DNA from: Chloropicon primus
Taxonomy: Eukaryota
Assembly (NCBI GenBank): GCA_023205875.1
Contig: CP060756.1
Coordinates: 1,302,001 to 1,366,000 of the forward strand
Reading direction: 5' to 3'
DNA: 64,000 nucleotides
Positions within the stretch are counted from its first letter, which is position 1. Each line of letters opens with the position of its first letter. This document shows, in pieces, positions 51,901 through 61,300 of this stretch. Position numbers and translations under genes: made by a program. The notes below the pieces were generated by a model. The model had not been told where the DNA came from, did no database searches, and saw nothing but the letters and a program-made list of their open reading frames with translations.

Positions 51901-52465
51901 TTCCAACAACATCGGCTCCGACTGACACTCCTCCCCGAGAAGAAAAGGACATACTCTGGGACCTGATTTGTGACATGACTTGAACAGCGCCAATAGCTTC
52001 TGTACACAATCTTGCCTCATGAAGGGTTCCCTTGGAGCAGTGCTCTTGGAATGCAAACTGATTGTGACATCCAAAAGTGCTTGACGCTGATAAACCGCTG
52101 GTTTGAACTTGCCATTGAAGTCTATACTGAACGGAGTCTGGCATAAATCGCACAGCCTTCTTTTGGTCAGACGCGTTGGCCTTCAAGCTCTTTGCAATCA
52201 GTCCATTTATGCAAAGATCGAAGTTGTGAGAGGTACCTGAGACCCTGTAGTGTGTTTCTTTCTGTGTGGCCGTGCTAGAAGCAGAATCATAGACTGACAA
52301 GGCATGGTAGCTATAGCCACGCATGCATCCGCTGCCATGCAAAGCATGGAAGCCAGCGGGAACAAAAGTCGACGATTCTCCATCATTTTGACCAGCGGAG
52401 GATACTACGGAGCACATTCCTCTGCTGCGCCAACCTGGAGTGAGGCATCGAGCACAGCGGGACAT
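36920..52465 (-). CDS. Giant modular type I PKS, C-terminal part: (DH)-ER-KR-ACP | KS-DH*-KR-ACP | KS-DH-ER-KR-ACP | KS-DH0-ACP-HxxxD acyltransferase
   Basis: KS DTACS/HGTGT/KSxxGH; KR GGTGALG, HAGGVLAD, YAAAN; ER INFRD, LVHAGSGGIG; DH HVISGQALLP; ACP GLDSL/GIDSL; terminal HSVADGG. Continues the upstream ORF across a 1-bp deletion at ~52423. Confidence 0.95.
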   Translation of the reverse strand: MSRCARCLTPGWRSRGMCSVVSSAGQNDGESSTFVPAGFHALHGSGCMRGYSYHALSVYDSASSTATQKETHYRVSGTSHNFDLCINGLIAKSLKANASDQKKAVRFMPDSVQYRLQWQVQTSGLSASSTFGCHNQFAFQEHCSKGTLHEARLCTEAIGAVQVMSQIRSQSMSFSSRGGVSVGADVVGNSQLQASLLWGIVKSVVASGSVFLSVRDTCAASETQKGSVPCHFSTWDAKTEADMASKHSGNVLKGGAYYDARLLNVPELPMTRARYQIKPHPRGSLSNMVVEFAREDTVQKEGFLSILVHSVGINFRDVLNVLGAYPGDPGPPGADCSGVVHSCCTSTNDGTELLVGDAVLALASGSFATTVDVPFSVVSLLSKGVSFELAASTPSVYMTVWLALKQACGASVSDTILVHAGSGGIGTAAINVSNALGANVWSTAGNVAKRGYVRSLGVQSVCSTRSTAFSAAFHSGVDLIINSLTSSGMIASSLSCVRTGGRFVELGKRDIWSTRSMKMERPDLTYNLVALDFLPPSHVRKVMTDLSHALALGTARPLASTVHGMNHVSSALRQMSRAAHIGKVIVSNESFAPILDTSSSHWVVTGGTGALGLLTGQHLTQRGIDCVLMLGRTGHIKSMSKGLCGHSCGAEVQILHCDVSCAEDCHLLGGLGVQGVMHAGGVLADSVLSNQTAQSVKQVFAPKVVGLHQLAKTFAMEAMGAQVLFSSVAALLGSAGQTNYAAANAVLDAQAHMWQNAGVSAVSVQWGPWASGGMAVKHAKRMEQMGLYMLSPYEGLFALQSIAGRVCGGGGCLDNAMWSSHAQVAVQRFMWDRFLSRMTHVPPLFSNMHDTASHGHGSSIDATRMSNTSASAASGMTLDADVLQQKVKDAVHAVVGHEVSPDDPLMAAGLDSLGAMELRSSLEQSLGIDLPGMLIFDYPSVHAIIEYAETLLGPKQVPLASAAISTGIRTVSEGSVSVHMLSLAARLPTPEHNLCQTSNAGDSIWRVPHMRWDADEDYKDGAPIVPIRFGGFLDGIELFDIPCFGVSRSEACWMDPHQRLLLEVSYECLSLVGKVYGSKTNVFLGISHAEYSNIYAGYGHKSEAHAVTSGSLSVSAGRLSFTYGLQGACAAVDTACSSSLVAAHMSYMGLVLGDVSKGLACGCEVMVMRDTFGSVQRAGMLAPDGRCKTLDASADGYVRAEACIACVLGPLEDGSKQDTVMLRGTAVNQDGRSSALTAPHGPSQQQVMRMSLHSADLDAWNVQVLQMHGTGTPLGDPIEVGAASAVLLSEATKRDFPVHMSGVKSNMGHSEAAAGMAGMVQLAGNLMHKSASAISHLRHLNHHILSMLGSGSDKNNSLAVDLSRQSSSLACGDASVGGVSGFAFQGTNAHALLSHCSGSVGNIDTVSRPGLVMLWQRERCWYVCKLPKLLSRVAFAQGGDISLEGMLNRVQHAFIWQHLFNGRPIAGMGSLIEMCAGTIDVLRSGGKNEKTDSYVMRNLTMPAPIVLDDSTSQTVNVLVQRKNEISVVCGGSSQSKTCLAGTTQWAPSTNHHSEDDVQKHTRVFDTDLSNASPSATYLGYMLPNINEMVSSEDGYVVNPVHLAMCLGLGEWSHLSGLACGADAMRMGTSSYSSAGDWLCLANRGKSSRTEMSRFGAVELNGTLHRKDLSVPLSRMRSSADLSEQVQYTLSWQSVCPVISSAQVLDDMSASSCHVWSGGDADSFVEQKSCLLDHPASLVALSLSTIAVLQDKYNQMSSCDLKLVSKSTTSTSCGVPAPFVGDQGNAMIYGILRACALSGVQSTSLHFGSHDTSNKVDESCLPLSEIHNGGGWCVYVDQSMVETAAMVPCFPHSSQSLSSVAGSWVVTGGTGALGLLTGQHLTQHGIDCVLMLGRTGHIKSMSKGLCGHSCGAEVQILHCDVSCAEDCHLLGGLGVQGVMHAGGVLADSVLGNQTAQSVKQVFAPKVVGLHQLAKTFAMEAMGAQVLFSSVAALLGSAGQTNYAAANAVLDAQAHMWQNAGVSAVSVQWGPWASGGMAAKHAKRMEQMGLYMLSPYEGLFALQSIAGRVCGGGGCLDNAMWSSHAQVAVQRFMWDRFLSRMTHVPPLFSNMHDTASHGHGSSIDATRMSNTSASAASGMTLDADVLQQKVKDAVHAVVGHEVSPDDPLMAAGLDSLGAMELRSSLEQSLGIDLPGMLIFDYPSVHAIIEYAETLLGPKQVPLASAAISTGIRTVSEGSVSVHMLSLAARLPTPEHNLCQTSNAGDSIWRVPHMRWDADEDYKDGAPIVPIRFGGFLDGIELFDIPCFGVSRSEACWMDPHQRLLLEVSYEALHSMESDSSSSWMHQKQRMGVMVGTQHVEYSNIYAGYGHKSEVHAVTSGSLSVSAGRLSFTYGLQGACAAVDTACSSSLVAAHMSYMGLVLGQLSKGLVCGVDLQISRDTFGSIQRAGMLAPDGRCKTLDASADGYVRAEACIACVLGPLEDGSKQDTVMLRGTAVNQDGRSSALTAPHGPSQQQVMRMSLHSADLDAWNVQVLQMHGTGTPLGDPIEVGAASAVLLSEATKRDFPVHMSGVKSNMGHSEAAAGMAGMVQLAGNLMHKSASAISHLRHLNHHILSMLGSGSDKNNSLAVDLSRQSSSLACGDASVGGVSGFAFQGTNAHALLSHCSGSVGNIDTVSRPGLVMLWQRERCWYTVDFDLMVSCAPARVLPNSCIFTCKMYHPAMAYLWDHVISGQALLPGAAFMELGYSSIASALRDSGLACEYSMCDSVIASPLSLEDLGENMVNSLYCTAELQLDTGGLTLSSENTGRSQKRLHVHGKVQMQQAKDKRVNGDIERTGFSREVVRSKSRTLVNGAYLYPFFAAHGLQYGPSFALLSSVWLGSNEVHQPQFDIAVGNVENVLPTEDRGFKLCPAVLDASLQVGAARGMCSVVSSAGQNDGESSTFVPAGFHALHGSGCMRDYSYHALSVYDSASSTATQKETHYRVSGTSHNFDLCINGLIAKSLKANASDQKKAVRFMPDSVQYRLQWQVQTSGLSASSTFGCHNQFAFQEHCSKGTLHEARLCTEAIGAVQVMSQIRSQSMSFSSRGGVSVGADVVGNSQLQASLLWGIVKSVVASGSVFLSVRDTCAASETQKGSVPCHFSTWDAKTEADMASKHSGNVLKGGAYYDARLLNVPELPMTRARYQIKPHPRGSLSNMVVEFAREDTVQKEGFLSILVHSVGINFRDVLNVLGAYPGDPGPPGADCSGVVHSCCTSTNDGTELLVGDAVLALASGSFATTVDVPFSVVSLLSKGVSFELAASTPSVYMTVWLALKQACGASVSDTILVHAGSGGIGTAAINVSNALGANVWSTAGNVAKRGYVRSLGVQSVCSTRSTAFSAAFHSGVDLIINSLTSSGMIASSLSCVRTGGRFVELGKRDIWSTRSMKMERPDLTYNLVALDFLPPSHVRKVMTDLSHALALGTARPLASTVHGMNHVSSALRQMSRAAHIGKVIVSNESFAPILDTSSSHWVVTGGTGALGLLTGQHLTQRGIDCVLMLGRTGHIKSMSKGLCGHSCGAEVQILHCDVSCAEDCHLLGGLGVQGVMHAGGVLADSVLSNQTAQSVKQVFAPKVVGLHQLAKTFAMEAMGAQVLFSSVAALLGSAGQTNYAAANAVLDAQAHMWQNAGVSAVSVQWGPWASGGMAVKHAKRMEQMGLYMLSPYEGLFALQSIAGRVCGGGGCLDNAMWSSHAQVAVQRFMWDRFLSRMTHVPPLFSNMHDTASHGHGSSIDATRMSNTSASAASGMTLDADVLQQKVKEAVHAVVGHEVSPDDPLMAAGLDSLGAMELRSSLEQSLGIDLPGMLIFDYPSVHAIIEYAEDCFSLNDEVVASCDEAISGSAVIDGICVSVGNLWCSRDFADVASCSDTICRVPLSRWDNDLPFLLNESFISGRFFGFLEHVECFDKDAFSLLEMEASIMDPQQRLLLSASFESLSVWKEYRRGLCGVYVGVGPNEYGSVSSPFCEQGVYTATSEAISVASGRISFTFGLQGPCMTIDTACSASLVATHLSVQGIKVGESSSSVSGGALVIVKESCQRLQKAGMLSIDGRCKTLDASADGYVRGEGCSLVCIEGSQSRSSANLLLAGSAVNQDGRSSSLTAPNGPSQQRVILKALQSAGKDKSSVALVQMHGTGTSLGDPIELSAANTAINSSDVKDLSEHSDPISFFTVKSSIGHSEVAAGVMAIAHSVTSLEMRKYLPFTHLRNLNPHIIDILKHSQGQRSPYFGMQNANISVSHAHLSDKLCGISSFAFQGTNAHVSMMIPSGDTMKGKKVNSLLRKDERCSVLPMWKRMTGSTLNDGSGSTSIQCLLNGSQLSELVYSSSPEALIVSEFATVEFTVESTNLVARSSPFFVRELVMTRSVSAHRDQLKASTLLVLDASIWTKSGLINILIGDECVSTSEIQKSFERAKKTSSKGAKRLEAGHQKAMGEVYYKRDGEGYMCHPSILHAGCSYLGQTFDPSDRNPAAAHFASCESIWIVGGSSNLVQLECYTNDDGTASLCLREDETCIGVLTGIQSPKQHNVDLQTVPISSSTRVERKALVEEISQLEVGTKEDTLQEIINIVREILQCDDIDPEETFFDAGIDSLTSLQLRATLQDKLKVQLPGTLINDYPTARSLCEMLTTSKQYKAIYLPPLYDENVEQFRQIPPCLPRWYQLLMWPSKKLFEAKDGVSFPLQDGVYRIQPLQTSNGPVRYAACSTVDINVAWTRMRSTYFFKGGIDEQKLMKSLSPVLDAFPTLTSRLVERKGDLYYEYGGSNAHVEVRTGRATQWTPQDYIGMVIPGIWKLTIAVWLWQFLYCNIGVAMFLAWRAYTSLFGSPLMRIRITHIVKERKRKSSFWSPFRRIAESDSVRQSDISGTYVTVDWMHSVADGGTMGRFMSLWAMSFRNEPLLVSHPGPLHALNPTQKELFTRLWLNESPVPRLYRPLKGVGLSYMRFLIPSAMIEQVQSRCLHTARASDVVVAYMWQKQREYTKHSERSGYPKITFLEDLRQHIPQLQPFAGNLIRFLPPLVPDVGPEEDDEGSHVPSVSDLIFDHRKKEHFTMADLERTGGLPGIPCCWSALHELINTDNSPMIMVNDLMPFDAPIRFDDQNIGIVPAEASGWRPDIPVLSEGILDCFSDIPNWQIWLTRGPDGVVVSLFSMP

Positions 52466-55400
52466 AACTTGAAACCCCTATCTTCAGTAGGGAGAACGTT
52501 TTCAACATTACCCACTGCAATGTCAAACTGGGGTTGATGGACCTCATTGGATCCAAGCCAAACACTTGACAGCAATGCAAAAGAAGGACCATATTGGAGG
52601 CCATGAGCAGCAAAGAAGGGATAAAGATAAGCTCCGTTCACAAGGGTACGGCTCTTTGATCTGACTACTTCTCTTGAGAAGCCTGTCCTCTCAATGTCAC
52701 CATTCACCCTTTTGTCTTTCGCCTGTTGCATCTGCACTTTTCCATGGACATGCAATCTCTTTTGTGATCTGCCTGTGTTCTCCGATGAGATTGTTAGGCC
52801 ACCTGTATCCAATTGCAACTCAGCAGTACAATACAAACTATTGACCATGTTCTCACCAAGATCCTCCAGAGAAAGAGGCGAAGCAATCACAGAGTCGCAC
52901 ATAGAATATTCACATGCAAGGCCAGAATCTCTCAAAGCAGAGGCGATCGAACTGTAACCAAGTTCCATGAAGGCGGCGCCTGGCAACAACGCTTGTCCAG
53001 AGATGACATGATCCCACAGATAAGCCATTGCCGGATGATACATCTTGCAAGTAAAAATGCATGAATTTGGAAGGACACGTGCTGGTGCGCAACTCACCAT
53101 CAAATCAAAGTCAACAGTGTACCAACAACGCTCACGTTGCCACAGCATGACCAAACCTGGACGAGATACAGTATCAATATTTCCAACAGATCCACTGCAA
53201 TGAGATAACAGTGCATGGGCATTGGTGCCCTGGAAAGCGAAGCCGCTCACACCTCCAACACTTGCATCTCCACATGCCAATGAGCTTGATTGACGACTCA
53301 GATCAACAGCAAGACTATTGTTCTTGTCAGAGCCACTACCAAGCATACTCAGTATGTGATGATTCAGATGTCTCAAGTGACTGATGGCACTAGCTGATTT
53401 GTGCATCAGATTGCCTGCGAGCTGAACCATACCAGCCATACCAGCTGCTGCTTCACTATGCCCCATATTGCTCTTCACTCCAGACATGTGGACAGGGAAG
53501 TCCCGTTTGGTGGCCTCGGAGAGTAACACAGCAGATGCCGCACCGACCTCAATGGGGTCACCAAGAGGAGTACCTGTACCGTGCATCTGCAAGACCTGTA
53601 CATTCCAGGCATCAAGGTCTGCCGAGTGCAAGCTCATACGCATCACTTGCTGTTGAGAGGGTCCGTGCGGTGCGGTCAAAGCACTGGATCGCCCATCTTG
53701 GTTCACAGCAGTGCCACGTAGCATCACCGTATCTTGTTTGGAACCATCTTCAAGAGGACCGAGAACGCAAGCGATGCAAGCTTCAGCACGCACGTAACCG
53801 TCTGCTGATGCATCCAAGGTCTTGCAACGCCCATCAGGCGCAAGCATGCCTGCTCTCTGAATAGAACCAAATGTGTCTCTACTGATTTGAAGGTCAACAC
53901 CGCACACAAGACCCTTCGAGAGTTGACCTAGAACAAGGCCCATGTAGGACATGTGTGCTGCGACAAGAGAGGATGAACAAGCCGTATCAACAGCTGCACA
54001 AGCTCCTTGCAAACCATATGTGAAGGACAGTCGCCCTGCAGAAACACTCAAAGAACCTGACGTAACCGCATGAACCTCAGACTTATGGCCATAACCAGCA
54101 TAGATATTGCTGTATTCAACATGCTGAGTACCCACCATCACACCCATCCTCTGTTTCTGATGCATCCAACTCGAGGAAGAATCGGATTCCATGCTGTGCA
54201 GAGCTTCATACGATACCTCGAGAAGAAGACGTTGGTGAGGATCCATCCAACACGCCTCAGAGCGAGATACGCCAAAACATGGTATATCGAAGAGCTCTAT
54301 GCCGTCAAGGAAACCACCAAAACGGATTGGCACAATGGGCGCACCATCCTTGTAATCCTCATCAGCGTCCCAGCGCATGTGTGGAACCCTCCAAATACTG
54401 TCCCCAGCATTGGAAGTCTGGCAAAGATTGTGTTCAGGAGTGGGTAACCGTGCCGCAAGACTCAACATATGAACACTCACAGATCCTTCAGAGACTGTCC
54501 GAATGCCTGTCGATATTGCAGCAGAAGCCAAAGGCACCTGCTTCGGACCAAGCAAGGTCTCTGCGTATTCAATGATAGCATGAACGCTTGGATAGTCAAA
54601 GATCAGCATCCCAGGCAAATCAATACCAAGGCTTTGCTCAAGAGATGAACGCAACTCCATCGCACCAAGGGAATCAAGACCTGCAGCCATCAATGGATCG
54701 TCTGGGCTCACCTCATGACCCACGACAGCATGCACAGCATCCTTGACCTTCTGCTGTAATACGTCCGCATCCAAAGTCATGCCGGATGCAGCGCTGGCAG
54801 ATGTGTTGGACATTCTTGTGGCATCGATAGAAGAACCGTGACCATGAGATGCAGTGTCATGCATATTTGAGAATAGTGGAGGAACATGTGTCATGCGAGA
54901 GAGGAATCTATCCCACATGAAGCGTTGAACAGCAACTTGGGCGTGAGATGACCACATCGCATTGTCCAAGCAACCACCACCACCACAAACACGATCTGCA
55001 ATACTCTGCAAGGCGAACAATCCTTCATACGGAGACAACATGTAAAGACCCATCTGCTCCATGCGCTTGGCATGCTTGACTGCCATGCCACCAGATGCCC
55101 AAGGACCCCACTGGACACTCACAGCACTCACGCCTGCATTCTGCCACATGTGAGCTTGGGCATCCAATACAGCATTGGCTGCAGCGTAATTCGTTTGTCC
55201 AGCTGATCCAAGCAAAGCAGCAACAGAAGAGAAGAGAACTTGAGCACCCATGGCTTCCATTGCAAATGTCTTCGCCAGCTGATGCAAGCCCACAACCTTG
55301 GGAGCAAATACTTGCTTCACAGATTGTGCTGTCTGGTTGCTGAGCACAGAATCAGCAAGGACTCCGCCAGCATGCATCACACCTTGTACGCCAAGACCTC

Positions 55401-58370
55401 CAAGCAAGTGACAATCTTCAGCACAGGACACATCGCAATGCAGTATTTGCACCTCCGCACCGCAACTGTGACCACACAAACCCTTGCTCATGGACTTGAT
55501 GTGACCAGTGCGACCCAACATCAACACGCAATCGATTCCGTGTTGAGTGAGATGCTGTCCTGTCAGCAGTCCAAGAGCACCAGTGCCTCCCGTCACAACC
55601 CATGATCCTGCCACGGAAGACAGTGACTGAGAAGAATGAGGGAAACATGGAACCATAGCTGCAGTCTCCACCATGCTCTGATCCACATATACACACCAGC
55701 CTCCGCCATTGTGAATCTCACTTAGAGGCAAACAAGACTCATCAACCTTATTGCTTGTGTCATGAGATCCAAAGTGCAGTGAAGTGGATTGTACGCCACT
55801 CAGAGCACAAGCTCGTAGAATGCCGTATATCATAGCATTTCCCTGGTCCCCGACAAAAGGTGCAGGAACACCACAAGAGGTGGATGTGGTTGATTTGGAA
55901 ACCAACTTGAGGTCGCAAGAGCTCATTTGGTTGTATTTGTCCTGAAGGACAGCAATTGTACTCAGGGATAATGCCACAAGGGACGCAGGGTGATCGAGCA
56001 AGCACGATTTCTGCTCAACAAAAGAGTCAGCGTCTCCTCCGCTCCATACGTGGCATGAAGATGCACTCATGTCATCCAAGACTTGCGCAGAAGAGATCAC
56101 AGGGCACACAGATTGCCATGACAACGTGTACTGCACTTGCTCGGAGAGGTCCGCGGAGCTTCTCATACGGCTCAGCGGCACCGACAAGTCTTTCCTATGT
56201 AGAGTACCATTCAACTCCACCGCACCGAATCTTGACATCTCCGTACGACTGGACTTGCCACGGTTGGCCAAGCATAGCCAATCCCCGGCACTGGAATACG
56301 AAGATGTTCCCATCCTCATAGCATCTGCGCCACAAGCAAGTCCACTGAGATGACTCCATTCACCAAGTCCCAAACACATTGCGAGATGAACAGGGTTCAC
56401 CACGTATCCGTCTTCTGAGGAAACCATCTCGTTGATGTTTGGCAACATGTATCCCAAATAGGTTGCGGAAGGACTGGCATTGCTGAGATCAGTATCAAAG
56501 ACCCTCGTGTGCTTTTGCACATCGTCTTCACTGTGATGATTTGTTGAGGGTGCCCACTGAGTTGTGCCTGCTAGACACGTTTTAGACTGAGAGGAACCTC
56601 CGCAGACTACACTAATCTCATTCTTCCTCTGCACTAGGACGTTCACAGTTTGCGACGTTGAATCATCCAGTACAATTGGTGCGGGCATGGTGAGATTGCG
56701 CATCACATATGAATCGGTCTTTTCATTCTTGCCGCCAGATCTTAGAACGTCAATCGTACCGGCACACATCTCAATCAGGGATCCCATACCTGCAATGGGT
56801 CTGCCGTTGAATAAGTGTTGCCAAATGAAAGCATGCTGTACTCTATTCAGCATACCCTCGAGGCTAATATCTCCACCCTGCGCAAAGGCAACACGTGACA
56901 AGAGTTTTGGGAGTTTGCACACATACCAACAACGCTCACGTTGCCACAGCATGACCAAACCTGGACGAGATACAGTATCAATATTTCCAACAGATCCACT
57001 GCAATGAGATAACAGTGCATGGGCATTGGTGCCCTGGAAAGCGAAGCCGCTCACACCTCCAACACTTGCATCTCCACATGCCAATGAGCTTGATTGACGA
57101 CTCAGATCAACAGCAAGACTATTGTTCTTGTCAGAGCCACTACCAAGCATACTCAGTATGTGATGATTCAGATGTCTCAAGTGACTGATGGCACTAGCTG
57201 ATTTGTGCATCAGATTGCCTGCGAGCTGAACCATACCAGCCATACCAGCTGCTGCTTCACTATGCCCCATATTGCTCTTCACTCCAGACATGTGGACAGG
57301 GAAGTCCCGTTTGGTGGCCTCGGAGAGTAACACAGCAGATGCCGCACCGACCTCAATGGGGTCACCAAGAGGAGTACCTGTACCGTGCATCTGCAAGACC
57401 TGTACATTCCAGGCATCAAGGTCTGCCGAGTGCAAGCTCATACGCATCACTTGCTGTTGAGAGGGTCCGTGCGGTGCGGTCAAAGCACTGGATCGCCCAT
57501 CTTGGTTCACAGCAGTGCCACGTAGCATCACCGTATCTTGTTTGGAACCATCTTCAAGAGGACCGAGAACGCAAGCGATGCAAGCTTCAGCACGCACGTA
57601 ACCGTCTGCTGATGCATCCAAGGTCTTGCAACGCCCATCAGGCGCAAGCATGCCTGCGATTTGAATAGAAAAGAAAGTGTTTCTGTACATGTGTATCTCA
57701 GCACCGCACACAAGACCCTTCGAGAGTTGACCTAGAACAAGGCCCATGTAGGACATGTGTGCTGCGACAAGAGAGGATGAACAAGCCGTATCAACAGCTG
57801 CACAAGCTCCTTGCAAACCATATGTGAAGGACAGTCGCCCTGCAGAAACACCCAAAGAACCTGACGTAACCGCATGAACCTCAGACTTATGGCCATAACC
57901 AGCATAGATATTGCTGTATTCAACATGCTGAGTACCCACCATCACACCCATCCTCTGTTTCTGATGCATCCAACTCGAGGAAGAATCGGATTCCATGCTG
58001 TGCAGAGCTTCATACGATACCTCGAGAAGAAGACGTTGGTGAGGATCCATCCAACACGCCTCAGAGCGAGATACGCCAAAACATGGTATATCGAAGAGCT
58101 CTATGCCGTCAAGGAAACCACCAAAACGGATTGGCACAATGGGCGCACCATCCTTGTAATCCTCATCAGCGTCCCAGCGCATGTGTGGAACCCTCCAAAT
58201 ACTGTCCCCAGCATTGGAAGTCTGGCAAAGATTGTGTTCAGGAGTGGGTAACCGTGCCGCAAGACTCAACATATGAACACTCACAGATCCTTCAGAGACT
58301 GTCCGAATGCCTGTCGATATTGCAGCAGAAGCCAAAGGCACCTGCTTCGGACCAAGCAAGGTCTCTGCGT
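40897..58370 (-). repeat. Near-identical tandem duplication of an ~8.72-kb two-module unit inside the PKS; further single-module copies up to 64000
   Basis: Identical shadow ORFs recur at offset 8724/8723 (41227 vs 49951; 43971 vs 52694; 47964 vs 56687) and at about 3.8-4.1 kb (54891, 58950, 62730). Confidence 0.95.
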
Positions 58371-61300
58371 ATTCAATGATAGCATGAACGCTTGGATAGT
58401 CAAAGATCAGCATCCCAGGCAAATCAATACCAAGGCTCTGCTCAAGAGATGAACGCAATTCCATCGCACCAAGGGAATCAAGACCTGCAGCCATCAATGG
58501 TTCATCGGGATTCGTATCATGACCCACGACAGCATGCACAGCATCCTTGACCTTCTGCTGTAATACGTCCGCATCCATGCCAGAGGTTCCAGAGCTTTGT
58601 CTTGGCTCAATAAAACTCTCTGCGTATTCAATGATAGCATGAACGCTTGGATAGTCAAAGATCAGCATCCCAGGCAAATCAATACCAAGGCTTTGCTCAA
58701 GAGATGAACGCAACTCCATCGCACCAAGGGAATCAAGACCTGCAGCCATCAATGGATCGTCTGGGCTCACCTCATGACCCACGACAGCATGCACAGCATC
58801 CTTGACCTTCTGCTGTAATACGTCCGCATCCAAAGTCATGCCGGATGCAGCGCTGGCAGATGTGTTGGACATTCTTGTGGCATCGATAGAAGAACCGTGA
58901 CCATGAGATGCAGTGTCATGCATATTTGAGAATAGTGGAGGAACATGTGTCATGCGAGAGAGGAATCTATCCCACATGAAGCGCTGAACAGCAACTTGGG
59001 CGTGAGATGACCACATCGCATTGTCCAAGCAACCACCACCACCACAAACACGACCTGCAATACTCTCCAAGGCGAACAATCCTTCATACGGAGACAACAT
59101 GTAAAGACCCATCTGCTCCATGCGCTTGGCATGCTTGACTGCCATGCCACCAGATGCCCAAGGACCCCACTGGACACTCACAGCACTCACGCCTGCATTC
59201 TGCCACATGTGAGCTTGGGCATCCAATACAGCATTGGCTGCAGCGTAATTCGTTTGTCCAGCTGATCCAAGCAAAGCAGCAACAGAAGAGAAGAGAACTT
59301 GAGCACCCATGGCTTCCATTGCAAATGTCTTCGCCAGCTGATGCAAGCCCACAACCTTGGGAGCAAATACTTGCTTCACAGATTGTGCTGTCTGGTTGCT
59401 GAGCACAGAATCAGCAAGGACTCCGCCAGCATGCATCACACCTTGTACGCCAAGACCTCCAAGCAAGTGACAATCTTCAGCACAGGACACATCGCAATGC
59501 AGTATTTGCACCTCCGCACCGCAACTGTGACCACACAAACCCTTGCTCATGGACTTGATGTGACCAGTGCGACCCAACATCAACACGCAATCGATTCCGT
59601 GTTGAGTGAGATGCTGTCCTGTCAGCAGTCCAAGAGCACCAGTGCCTCCCGTCACAACCCATGATCCTGCCACGGAAGACAGTGACTGAGAAGAATGAGG
59701 GAAACATGGAACCATAGCTGCAGTCTCCACCATGCTCTGATCCACATATACACACCAGCCTCCGCCATTGTGAATCTCACTTAGAGGCAAACAAGACTCA
59801 TCAACCTTATTGCTTGTGTCATGAGATCCAAAGTGCAGTGAAGTGGATTGTACGCCACTCAGAGCACAAGCTCGTAGAATGCCGTATATCATAGCATTTC
59901 CCTGGTCCCCGACAAAAGGTGCAGGAACACCACAAGAGGTGGATGTGGTTGATTTGGAAACCAACTTGAGGTCGCAAGAGCTCATTTGGTTGTATTTGTC
60001 CTGAAGGACAGCAATTGTACTCAGGGATAATGCCACAAGGGACGCAGGGTGATCGAGCAAGCACGATTTCTGCTCAACAAAAGAGTCAGCGTCTCCTCCG
60101 CTCCATACGTGGCATGAAGATGCACTCATGTCATCCAAGACTTGCGCAGAAGAGATCACAGGGCACACAGATTGCCATGACAACGTGTACTGCACTTGCT
60201 CGGAGAGGTCCGCGGAGCTTCTCATACGGCTCAGCGGCACCGACAAGTCTTTCCTATGTAGAGTACCATTCAACTCCACCGCACCGAATCTTGACATCTC
60301 CGTACGACTGGACTTGCCACGGTTGGCCAAGCATAGCCAATCCCCGGCACTGGAATACGAAGATGTTCCCATCCTCATAGCATCTGCGCCACAAGCAAGT
60401 CCACTGAGATGACTCCATTCACCAAGTCCCAAACACATTGCGAGATGAACAGGGTTCACCACGTATCCGTCTTCTGAGGAAACCATCTCGTTGATGTTTG
60501 GCAACATGTATCCCAAATAGGTTGCGGAAGGACTGGCATTGCTGAGATCAGTATCAAAGACCCTCATGTGCTTTTGCACATCGTCTTCACTGTGATGATT
60601 TGTTGAGGGTGCCCACTGAGTTGTGCCTGCTAGACACGTTTTAGACTGAGAGGAACCTCCGCAGACTACACTAATCTCATTCTTCCTCTGCACTAGGACG
60701 TTCACAGTTTGCGACGTTGAATCATCCAGTACAATTGGTGCGGGCATGGTGAGATTGCGCATCACATATGAATCGGTCTTTTCATTCTTGCCGCCAGATC
60801 TTAGAACGTCAATCGTACCGGCACACATCTCAATCAGGGATCCCATACCTGCGATGGGTCTGCCGTTGAATAAGTGTTGCCAAATGAAAGCATGCTGTAC
60901 TCTATTCAGCATACCCTCGAGGCTAATATCTCCACCCTGCGCAAAGGCAACACGTGACAAGAGTTTTGGGAGTTTGCACACATACCAACAACGCTCACGT
61001 TGCCACAGCATGACCAAACCTGGACGAGATACAGTATCAATATTTCCAACAGATCCACTGCAATGAGATAACAGTGCATGGGCATTGGTGCCCTGGAACG
61101 CAAATGCCCCAACTTCGCCGATGCACACATCTCCACATGCCAATGAGCTTGATTGACGACTCAGATCAACAGCGCCACCAACCATGCTCAGTATGTGATG
61201 ATTCAGATGTCTCAAGTGACTGATGGCACTAGCTGATTTGTGCATCAGATTGCCTGCGAGCTGAACCATACCAGCCATACCAGCTGCTGCTTCACTATGC

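Noticed and set aside
52405..52465. Programmed ribosomal frameshift or genuine two-gene split
   Set aside because: No slippery heptamer, the break is mid-domain, and the paralogous copy is continuous; a simple 1-bp deletion explains it.
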